Shown piece after piece: positions 39,925 through 51,363 of a DNA stretch of 64,000 nucleotides (its first letter is position 1; every line of letters begins with the position of its first letter). Source of the stretch: Lobosporangium transversale (Eukaryota); contig NW_019029018.1 in NCBI RefSeq assembly GCF_002105155.1, forward strand, positions 124,001 through 188,000. The letters run 5' to 3'. The notes beneath the pieces are model-generated. The model saw only the letters and a list, made by a program, of their open reading frames with translations, made no database searches and was not told the origin of the DNA. Both the position numbers and the translations under genes were made by a program.

Positions 39925-41229
39925 ATGAAGTATGGGCGTACTGCCAGATTCAATATTATAAAACCATCCAATCATCCATCCATCGATCGTATTAAGGAAA
40001 AGACTATCTAAATTTCAGCGATATACATCCGACCATTATATCAACTACATATTCAGAAAATATCAGAGCTTGACACATCATTCTCATTGTTTCGAGTCAG
40101 TTTACATGCAGAAGGTTACAATGGACAGCTAGGATTCAAAAAATTAGTGACTTTTCAAAACTATAGCTTTAATCAACTACCAGCATAAATGTGGTGTCTA
40201 CTTCTGGAGTCAACTATAGCAGACACCTTTTGGATTAGAGGAGCGTCCATTACAGGATGAAGTAACTTTCAGACATCTAGATTTCATCATCCGATATTTC
40301 TTTTTGCAGGAACGCTTGAAGATTTTGGAAAGCTAGCTTAAACACACTGAGCTACAATTTCATGAGGAAGATTTGATATCATGTTCAACACTCGAACGAG
40401 AGATTGGATTTCATCTGACTTTCATCAATCTATTTTTTTATTTTTATTTTTATTTTTTTTCAGAATTGAGATTTGTGCCTTCTCTGGAGCCAAGATTTAC
40501 CCTGGTAAGGGTAAGATCTATGTCCGTGTCGACAGCAGGGTATGTAGCTTGAACCAACAGTTTTGTATGCTTTTTACATATGTCAGAGGCTTCCTGCATG
40601 GATAACAAGAATCGGACTTTATGAATCAGGATATTCTGCGGGAAGACAAAGGGGCTCCACTTTTATGGATCATATACTATAATAACACAATGAACAGGAT
40701 TAGTAGAAACAATGGGACCTTTTTTCTTTTGTTATTTGATTCCTACCTACAACACCGTGTGCGCCTGGACCACCAACGTGTTGTTATGATTAAACGTATC
40801 AACTGATTTTATCTAGGGTAGCAGTTGGCGTTGAATTTTGAAAGCTCACAAATTCACATTGTAATATTCATGATTGTATATTTATAGTCTTTCCGATTCG
40901 TAAACGGCAAGGCTGAGTCTCTTTTCTTGCAGCGCAAGAACCCCCGCAAGATCTCCTGGACCGTCCTTTTCCGCCGCATGCACAAGAAGGGTATCTCTGA
41001 GGAGGTTGCCAAGAAGCGCACCCGCCGCACTGTCAAGCACCAGCGTGCCGTTGTCGGTGCTTCCTGGGAGGCCATTCGTGCTAAGCGCAACCAGAAGCCT
41101 GAGGTCCGTGCTGCTGCTCGTGCCGCCTCTGTCCGTGATGCCAAGGAGAAGAAGAAGGCTGAGGATGCTAAGAAGAAGGCTGAAAAGGCCAAGGTGAATA
41201 TTTTTTTTTTGTCATACAACGAAATCTGG

Positions 41230-41260
<31 letters not shown>

Positions 41261-41427
41261 TCCATAGACTTGCAATTCATTATCTATTTCTTATTTCTTT
41301 TTTTTTTTTTCTTTCTTTTTTTTTTTTTTTACAATAGAACGCATCCAGCGCTGCCCGTGGTCAGCCCAAGGTCTCCAAGCAGGGTGCCAAGGGTGCTAAG
41401 GTCGCAATTGCCAACACCTCCCGTTAA
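39925..41427 (+). CDS. RPL24: 60S ribosomal protein L24 (eL24); exons 39925-39929 (ATGAA), 40464-40539, 40887-41192, 41338-41427
   Basis: [62 protein letters not shown] with strong codon bias. The first exon is inferred from caaaATGAA|GTATGG; an alternative ATGAA|GTAACT exists at 40257. Confidence 0.93.
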
Positions 41428-42549
41428 ATTCGTATTTTTTGTTTGAGTATTGAATAAATTCTCTCGCGAAGCTCCTAAGAATGAAACAACATATTTCATT
41501 TGTTTTCACCATCAATGCTTTGTTAAATTGAAAAGAAAGGCAAAAGCAAAGTCTTGAATCCTGTCCACGTCCATGTGGGTGAAGGCAGCTCACATGTTTT
41601 ATTTTTTCTGTGTCATTCGGCAACCTCCAAAGCTTATGACAAGGAAGATATGATGAACTATGCAACTCTCCATATAGAGCTAAAAGCCAACATGTATAAT
41701 TAGGCATTAATCGACATATTGATTCCTATTCTCTGTTAATCAGTGCTCGCATTTCTTTTTCTTGCCTGAGCAGAGGTATTGTAGGCTAGCCACTTGTAGT
41801 CTGTGATCCTATCTTTATAGGCCAATGCTGCTGAAAAGCTTCTAACATGCATCTGCACTCGCTCATTTCAATTTTTTTTTTTTTTTTTTTTTTTTTGTGG
41901 GCCTCGGGCGATACCTACTAATTACCTTCCTTTTCTCAAACGCTTTTTTTATCGCTTACACACACAATCTGAAGGACCAGAGCTAATATACCGTGACCTA
42001 TCACCTCATGGATCAGGGATCTAGCTCGAGTCCAGTTCATACAGTAACACCTGAACTGAGTAAATACTTTGATTTCTTTATATTTATTTCGTTATCCTAA
42101 TCAGAACTTGTCACATAGCCATGGATGCTGGTGCATGAAACTGTTAGCTTAGAAGGGTGCCATGGATAAGGAACCCAATTAGAGACCAAGCAGGTTGAAA
42201 ATCGCTTATAGGATTATGGAGCATAACTGCTACAAGATCCAACCCTAAAACTACGAAGCTCAATCATTATCGGATGATATTCATCGCCAAAACCTTATCC
42301 AAACCGTCTTTGCAATCAATGGATATTTATTGTCTGAATACAGATTAGAACAATGGAGCCTTTTATACTAACTGTGTAAGGACGCTGTGGGTGCATTTCC
42401 CCTTAGTCCTTTTGCTTGGTCAAACAAACCTCATCAGTACAGAGGTTGCGTCGCCTTTAGGCCCATACTTTGATCCCCTTGCACACAATGACAAATACCT
42501 GCTTATATTGATTCATCTCACTTTGCAAAGCCGGTTCGCTGGTAAGTGG

Positions 42550-44391
42550 TTAGAATAAAAGCGACGATAACTCCTTTTCTGGAAACATTTTCACCCTTTT
42601 CCTTAAATCATCTTCATCCTCAAATCGTCGCTTTTCCCGCTCGATCAGGGTTTTTTTATAGACTATCTCCTTAACTCCAGGAATATGCTTGATATGGTGC
42701 TCAGGTGCTGAATTGATGCACAGCCTGAAAGACGCTGTATAGCATGATAATAATATTATTGAAATATGTAAAATATTTAGAGTAACTGCGATAATATATA
42801 TGCTTACCTGAGAATTGTGCACGACCTGCAAACGTATATCCATAGTATTTCCGGAAGTTCCCTCTGTGTATTATAAATGTATGAGAGTGAAGCTTCACTC
42901 CTGAAGAAGATTTAGATTGATTTGAAAAGATACCAAAGGCACATTCCAAGGACTGACATCGTTCCTTAAGAGTATCATTCACTTTGGCAATCTTTGTAAT
43001 TTCCTCGTCAATTGTTGTTTGATCGATAACGTTATGTTCTTTTGAATCCTGTTCCTTGGTCCATTTCATTTGACAAGACAAACACAAAGACACAATATCT
43101 CCTCTGTTCTGTAAACGCAATTGCATAAAGCCGTCGGCTGGGGCTCCCTTGCATATCAAGAATAGCCTTTGCCAGTACAGGTGTCATGAGCTCCTCGTAC
43201 TCCTCAAAAGGATAAAGCGTGTCTAACTCAGTTACCAGCTGCTGCATAACGACCACGATATCGACATTGCGCAGACATTCCGTAAGTTCCTCAGCCTGGC
43301 CAGGAATCTCCTTTGTTTTCTTTAAGTGAAACACAAAGAAAAGATAGAAATACTCAACAGCCCTCGCCATCCCACCAATGTCTGCGATACTACGGCGGAA
43401 CAATATATCATTCCTCAGGTAATCTTCAGTCAGAGGCGGAATCTTGTCGTATATAGTCAGGTGTAGCTTAAGGCCAATTTCGACCACGTCGGCGTCAGTA
43501 AGAAGAGGAAGAGGTAGGAGTAGCATACGATATGATCCCATGGCCATGCTTTCGACGGGCCCTTGGATTGTACTCGCCATAATAGGAATACAAAAAGGCT
43601 CTGTGGTTCTACAGCTCAGTGCCCCGACAGCATGTACAGCTTGTCGAAGAGTGTCTGGGTAGCCTCTGTGTAAGTGATTCACCTCGTCGATGTTGATGAC
43701 CAGCACAGAGAAACCGTTAGTGGATGTGCCGCGATTGATAATATCAGTACGAATAACCTCTATGGTGGTGTTCAATGTGAGTCGCTCGGCGCCTTTCTTT
43801 TGCAGTAAAGGCTTAAGCTGGGCTTTTTTGGCGAAGTTATCGGTACTGATAAAATATCCGTAGAGTAATCTAGCGGCGATAGATGCTTCACCTCCAATCC
43901 AGACATCGGACCCACTGGCAAGAGTGCCACTGCCATAGGTAATATTGATTGAGACCATATTGGGGAAGGCGCTTCTGATACTCTGATCACTGCAAGAGCT
44001 GACCTTTTCACGAAGCATTCCCCCAATTTCTCGGAGGAACCGGCTTTTGCCTGTACCTGGTTCACAGGCAAGTAATGGGATTGGGTGTAGGCCCTTGTTC
44101 CTATTGTTGCGGTTTTTAAATCGCTCAAAGATGCCATTGTAATAAGGAACTCCATTCCATAATACGTCAAGGGTTTCCTCTCGGCGGAGAAGCGGGAAAC
44201 CTGAACCAAAGGTATAAACAAGCTATAATAAGTATAATAAGGAATCAGCACAAAATCTTCCATCACCTCACAATCTTTAATGATGTACACCCAAAGATGT
44301 AAACACAATAGACAACATACTTGATCTTGTTCAATGCCGACGGGTCGTTCATATTGCCTAATCCATGGCTTCCGTCCAGATGACAGCTGTG

Positions 44392-44425
<34 letters not shown>

Positions 44426-44674
44426 AAGATGACTCAATGATCAATGATGTTATACACAAAACTTCGAGAACAAACAGCTAATCCCTTACCTGTCGATGGA
44501 AGCCGAGCAATGACGTGAATGGTTTTCTTTGGTAGTGCCGTTCCATAGGCCTCGGAGATTTTGCTTGTTATTTTGAGTAGCTTCTTTGATTCAACTTTGG
44601 TGAGATTGACTGTAGTGCCTTCATCGGGAACCGAGACACGGTAAAGGTTGAGCTCATATGCGGCAATATCGTCT
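42550..44674 (-). pseudogene. Degenerate Crinkler (CRN)-type gene: partial CR-NTD + P-loop NTPase + REase-like + HhH
   Basis: Exon 44674-44490 reads DDIAAYELNLYRVSVPDE...LPKKTIHVIARLP (CRN N-terminal style); HPIPLLACEPGTGKSRFL (Walker A); VINIDE (Walker B); frame change near 43155 into KGAPADGF...CQMKW; last exon CINSAPEHHIKHIPGV..RRFEDEDDL (HhH-like). No in-frame ATG or first half of the NTD was found. Confidence 0.78.
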
Positions 44675-44975
44675 CTGTTGTGGGTCCATGTGGGTTCACT
44701 GTTATAATAATCACGTATACTAATTATATACTCACCTTGGTTGACACGTAAAAAGATTAATTGGAGTTTTGGTAAACCCTGTTAATAGAAGGTGTGGCGG
44801 TGACCATCGCTCTTTGATTCTTTTATTTTCATTTTTTTTTTTTTTTTTTTTCCTTCATCCCTTACTTTTAAAGAGACTGTCAGCATTCTTCTCGGATTTT
44901 AAGAATAAAGAAGAGGACGATGGAGGAATGTTTTGTGGCCATTCTTTTATTACCTTTTGCTTTCTGCTTGAATTC

Positions 44976-45012
<37 letters not shown>

Positions 45013-45401
45013 TTCTATGAAAATAACTTTGCAAGATAGGCCCAATGTCCAGAAACAAGCTACAAGCACTTTTTTTTTATCAGCTCTAGAATGTAGACAG
45101 GGATTTAGCATTGCGTGATTGATGAAGGGGTAAGAATTTCGAATAAGGGGTATGTTGACGGGGGGTTCCTTAATCCATTGGACACAGATAATCCGTTTCC
45201 AAAAATGCACGGTATTGACTGGAAAATTGTAACCGAAGAAAGAAGAAAGTGAGGATTGAATGTGGATCACAATACCACATCGCTTGAATATTTATTAATT
45301 AACTTTTCTACATGCTGCGTTATGATCGGTAAGAATACTACGGCCGATAAGATGACATCTGCTATCATATGGTGTGATAATGTGCAATTTTTGCAACATT
45401 G

Positions 45402-45603
45402 GCTTTTCAACATGTATAAATATCTGGCTTCTTCTGCTGTCGAAATCAACCCCATTTCTACTGATTTCATTATCTTCTTTTTGTCCTTTATCCTCAATTC
45501 ATCCGTACCCTATTATGAAAGGCCATAAGTCTCTGAGCTGTATCCTGAGATCACTATCCCAAACCTCGGGACAGTTAAAGGGATGTTTGACAAAATAGCC
45601 AAA
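45402..45603 (+). pseudogene. Truncated fourth carboxylesterase copy (promoter plus start of exon 1)
   Basis: Reads VPYYERP*VSELYPEITIPNLGTVKGMFDKIAK versus MTYYNIPQLLELNPEITIPNLGTVRGKLDRTGK; ATG lost and a TAA at 45526-45528; upstream DNA resembles 51263-51363. Confidence 0.85.
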
Positions 45604-45846
45604 ACATTGGGAATTCACCATTTTTTTTTATTTTTATTTTTTTAAGGGGAGACGCACAGGCGGATTAATTATATCAATGTATCAGTGTATCAATTTGTAA
45701 AGAAATCCATCACATATCAATTGAAAACTACTCATTTTTGTAATGGTATAAAAAAAAATTGCAGAAAATATTACGCAATACAATGTTGCAAACATTTGCA
45801 AAGTATACATATAGCTTTAGCACTCATCTCGCTGAAAGTGAGATGA

Positions 45847-46267
45847 AGAGTCCTCGCCAAAAAGTCATAAACTGGATATATTTTTCAGGCTTTTAAATTG
45901 AATAGAATACTTCCATTTTTAAAATTCGTACAAACTTCAAAGTTTTAATTTTTACGGATCTGTTATCAACAAGATATTCCTCTATTCTCTTTCACAATCA
46001 AACATGCTTCCAGTATCTGGCGTAAGATCCACTGTTTCAACAGTACGAGTAAAGTAGGTTGGCAATGAGGATGAGGTTGTCCATTCCCAGCAAATTCTAG
46101 TATTTTTAATCAAGAACGACGATTGAATTGATGGCATCCAATCATTCATTCTATTCAAAAAGTATATGAATTTCTGTCTTGGTACGTAATTTTTTTGTTC
46201 TTCAAATTCTAATTCAAATTGAGTATTTTAAAATATATCCAGTTTATGACTTTTTGGCGAGGACTCT
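45847..46267. mobile_element. Putative MITE / non-autonomous DNA transposon (~421 bp)
   Basis: Perfect 38-bp inverted repeats at 45847-45884 (AGAGTCCTCGCCAAAAAGTCATAAACTGGATATATTTT) and 46230-46267, with degenerate inward extension; AT-rich non-coding interior; no clear target-site duplication. Confidence 0.72.
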
Positions 46268-47212
46268 AGACAGTAGTCCCCGTCGTTTATTTAAATTGTA
46301 TTATAAAAAAATATCGCGGTTAGAGACACAAAAAAAAAAAAAAAAAAAAAAGAGAATCTTCCTTTTTTCATTGGCTACAAGTGTTTCTAATAAATCGTTC
46401 GCACTGGGTTTCGTGTAGTAGGTATAATATGACTCGCTAACAACTGAGATATTTCAGATTCCCGATTAATCTTAAATCTGAGGTTAATAAAAACAAGAAA
46501 GAATGGAAGAAACACTTCTGGATCTGAAAAACAGGTACGGTGGGTCGACCTTGTCATTCTTTTGGTTGGTCCTTTTCAATTATAAAAATTTTTAAATAAA
46601 CCATTTATATTTGAAGAAGTCTAAGTAAGACAAAGTCGATCCTCTGAGTTTAACCTCAGTACAAGATAGAGTTGAAAGCCCCATTCTTCTTCACAATTTG
46701 AACCCAAGCGCAGACTACGTAATAGCGCTCGCAAGATTGTGTGTGTCAGATACAAGGAACGATCTGAAACAACACGGGTTGAAAGGGTGGGGATGTCTAT
46801 CCTCATACTCCACAGCGCAGTTGGTGATTGCCCTTCTTCCATCATTGTATAAGGGAACACCGTTCTATCACTGACACACTAACGGCACATCATATCATTC
46901 AATTCTAGTAGTGAAAAATCTGCGAAAAGCCTTGAGTGCGGGGTTATGGTCTATGGAATAATCTACGAAGGATGACTTATTCATACTGCTATAAGTATCA
47001 TGGACGCATATATTTACATCCCGATCACGTCCCCCTTACGCTCGGGAAGTAGACCCAGATTAAAATCGGGATCCTTACCAGTAAAGTCTACTTTCCCTTA
47101 TGTCTCAATGAAGGTGACACACAAATGGACATCATACTATAGACTATAGGCTCTTTAAAAACAGAGTTGAACAAAATAGTAACTTCAGCAAGACCCACGA
47201 CCGCCGCGCATA

Positions 47213-47243
<31 letters not shown>

Positions 47244-47360
47244 ATGGTGATCTAATACCTTTGCCATCTGTCCAGATTTGTGCTATTTCTACACTCTCAA
47301 ATCTTTTTTTCGTTTTTTGTTCTTTGTTTTTTTTTTTCTTCTTCAATTCTCACTCTATCT

Positions 47361-49676
47361 ATGACTTATTATAACATACCACAGCTACTTGAGCTCAACC
47401 CTGAGATCACTATCCCAAACCTCGGAACAGTCAGAGGGAAACTTGACAGAACAGGCAAAGTAGCTAGGTTCTTGAATGTCCCTGTAGCCACTGTACCTGT
47501 AAGATGGCGACCTGCTGTCAAAGCACAGCCATGGCAAGGCGTTCATGATGCTACAAAGCCTGGGTAAGGAGTGCTATTCTGAATGAAGGAACCGATGGCA
47601 TAGAAGTTGCTTGTTGCACGATTAATATACTGAGATCTAACGCATTATTGCTTAAATAAATAAATAAATAAATAATAGCCCATTGCCACCACAGCAAACG
47701 CGGTCTACTCAAAAGACATTTATCCTAACTGGGCAGCCACCAAAGCTCGACTACAATACTCATATGAGTGAATATGACTGCCTTGGCTGTAATATCTATA
47801 TGCCTGCTATTGCTGTCGCTGATTGCGCGAACCTACCAGTGCTAGTGTGGGCATACGGAGGTGGCTTTAAGAATGGAGGAGCTTCATCTCCATTTTATGG
47901 TAATCTAGTGAATGGAATAGTCGATTAAGAGGAGAATGCTGTTACATGAAGGGGATCTTCACCGATACAATTTTACTAATATGGTTACATTATGGTCGTG
48001 TAGATTGTACTCCTATCGTTGCAAATTCGATTGAGTTGCAAAAGCCGGTTGTGGTGATAAGTCTCAGCTACCGTATCAACTACCTTGGCTTCCTTAGTTC
48101 CAAGGAGATGATGCTTGATGCTCAGGAGTATGCTTCTACCATCCCACCACAACATCGTACCTGGTATGATAGTTCCGTTGGCAACTGGGGACTCTTGGAT
48201 CTGATCATGGGTCTCGAGTGGGTTCAAGAGCATATTAGCGCTTTCTCTGGTAATCCAAAGAGAGTGACTTGGATGGGTCAATCTGGGGGCGCAGTGGCCG
48301 CATCTTATATTAGTATAATCCCTCAATGTCATGGTCTGTACCAACGTATGATCATGCAATCTGGTGGAGCAACATTGGTGCCTCCTATACATCCTGAATA
48401 TGAGGGTCAGTATGTGTTTGACCAGTTGTGCCGATCACTTCGGATGCCAGATGGTCTGGGACCACTAGAGAAAGTAGCATGGTTACGCACGGTGCCTGGA
48501 GAGGTGATCGCAGAGTTGATGAATGATTCTACTGTTATTACCTTCAGGCCTTCAATTGATGGTATTATCTGTAAAGGAAGTGCGCTCTTGGAGGTAAGCG
48601 ACTTCAAGAGGTATGATCCAAACTTGGAATGGGTTATGACAGGAACTTGTAATGATGAAGGTGAGTGGGCACTCTTTTTTTTTTTTTTTGAATCGGGCCT
48701 CTATTCCATATAAGACCCCGTTGTCTGGGCTGGAACCTGTTGACCTCGTGCTCACCCTCTGCTTTATTTTTTATATTGTATTTTATTTTTATTTTATTAT
48801 ATTATACTATATATTTTTTTAAAACTACCAGCTTCTATGTTTGCGGATGTATGCGGCCCAACTAAGATGGAGGTTTTTCCGTACTACAGGGGACGCTCCT
48901 GTGCTCCAACCGATTACCATCTCTTTGATCAGCTATTTGGCACTCCCGCGACAAACAAAGAGGCCCGAGCAATCTCCAAACGTGCTCTAACATCTCAAAT
49001 TTTTGAATATCCAGTTTATCAGACCTGTGAAGCCATTACTGCTCATCCATCATGTCGTCTAAGTCGATATTATTTCGAAAGGGGAATCGAAAAGCTGGAC
49101 AAGATGATACCAGGCCTTGGTGTCTTCCATGGAGCAGACCTTTTTTACACATTTGGCAACAACTCATATACACAAAGCTTCCTCAATGAAGATGAAAAGG
49201 CATTTGCAAAGAAGGTTCAAGCAGTGTGGATCGAATTTGCAACTGCTAGATCCCCTAAGGAATCAGATTTGCCGAAAATAACTCGATCTACTCACTCTAC
49301 TGCCTTTGGTACAACAACGATCCATAACGACCTTGGAAGAGAAAGGAAGAGTGAAGCCATCCTTTTTTCAAAGACATTAGAGATCACCAAGACCTCACAT
49401 TCACCTATGACTAGAATGTCGGACAGTGAGATCAATTTCAATCAAAGAGCACTCGCTTTTGTCGCTGAGATGTCTCGATGTGGCAGGGGGATGGACTTTA
49501 GTGTCCCTCCGCTATATGATATCCGCACAATCGTAAAAGGTGATAATTCAATACCACGTGCACCAGCCCAATCTTTACCTTCTTCAGCACCATTACCAGT
49601 GTCATTCCCATCCTCTTCCTCTAAGGCGTATGCAGATAATAGGATCGCAATGAAGCGAATAGTATCACGAATTTGA
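47361..49676 (+). CDS. Type-B carboxylesterase copy A; exons 47361-47563, 47679-47899, 48004-48660, 48832-49676
   Basis: FLNVP, RWRP, SEYDCL, VWAYGGGF, YRINYLGFL, GNWGLLD, nucleophile GQSGG, acid motif DE, FHGADL; no signal peptide. Confidence 0.92.
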
Positions 49677-51363
49677 TGAACTCTAGTGATTCCGATACAC
49701 CAGTAAAAAAAAAAGAAAAAATCATAATGACGCTAATAAAAAGTAGAAAGCTGTGTCGCAACGAAGATAGAAAGAAAGGATTATGGGAATATATATTGCA
49801 CATTTCCTTGATTAGCATTTTATTAAAAGCCCCAAGCTGCGATTCACTGCACTAAGATTGGAGATGTTTAGCAAGTAATATTGAAAGAAAGGTGGAGAAT
49901 CGCTAGATAGAAGGTTCAAAGAGTTAGATGTATTCGCTATTGCTGCTATTGATTACAGGCTGACATGTCACTCAAGGTGATGCCACTCGTTGAACTAGTT
50001 CTATGAAAAAAAAAGAGCTGTTTTGTCTAAAATATAAGCCGGCTCCCTAGCGTCCTTCTTGTCCCTTATTATGAATTTGAAAACAAGACATTTTTGTGAC
50101 CAAAAATGGCCGCGATTCCAGGGTAAGGAACACTATACAAGTACTGATACTGGAGTTGGGTACTAAAATAGGAGAAAGTTATTTACACTGATACTAATAC
50201 AGTTCACATATACAAGCACCATGTAAAGTGATATTAAAATCACTTTTATAATATTACTAAGCTATGGCCCGCACAATAACCTGCCGAAATTCCGCTTAAA
50301 ATGAAGCTTATCCTCTTCGCAGTGCTTGCCTGAGTACAGCATGCTTACTAAACTCTTGGTATCTTTGACACCAGTTCTTGTAAAACGGATTTTAATATCA
50401 GAATTTTACGTTCATACCAGTATTCAAAAGACGAAGATAATAGCATTGCAAAGAGGCCAGTAAGATATTCAACTTCATTTAACAAAAAGTTCCGTTTTTC
50501 TAGACGACAGACAGTAGAACTCGTCCGAATGAGTAAAATAAATAAATAAATGTGTTCAGAGATCGCTCTTTTTCGATAGACCTTATCAATTACAAGAGTT
50601 ATATTGAGTAAATCATTTATATTTGAAATAAAAATAAGTAAATATTCTCAATTCATTTCAAATTATTTTCCGGAAAGCGGAGTCTAACTTTTATTTTGAA
50701 CACGGGCAGCACACAAAACGATTGAAAACGTGTGACAGCACGCCTCTTAAATTTCCTAAATTATGAAACAACGATGTGTTTTGCAATACGTGGTGTTGCA
50801 TATCTCACAGAGCGCTTGGTCTCACCTTCCATTTGATTTCTGTCCCTTGGGTAAGTTACAAAAAAAAAAAAAAGGCTGCCACGTGGAAATAGCCAGGAGA
50901 CCTTGTGGGACATAGTGTACTTGGTTCCACATCTGGATCAGTTACATATCATTCTCGAATAATACGAAAGAAAAGCATATTGTCCGATCTACAATGTCCC
51001 ACCCACTGATTCCTTCTAGGTAATCCGATCCGGAGCTCAAAAAACGAAGATGGTGATCATACTTTCGGAGCACCATAGTTTTGCAGCACGGCCTTCTTTA
51101 GTCTTTCTGAACTTTCAGAAAAGAATAAAGAAAAGAAGTGACGCACTGTAGGTCGGTTCCTGCTGTCATAATGGGTATAATTATATTGAGTTTCCATTAC
51201 AGCAATGAGCTCAGGGCAATCCATTTCAAAAAATGGATGAAATAAATTAAAAACTCTGTATTGACTTTTCAGCACATATAAATGTCTGGCTTCTTCTGTT
51301 CAAATCAACCATTATCTCCACTGTCTTCATTTATTTGTTTTTTCTTATATCCTCACTTCAACC

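Noticed and set aside
42160..42475. Long frame with few stops next to the Crinkler 3' end
   Set aside because: No recognisable motifs, so it cannot be supported as a pseudogene.
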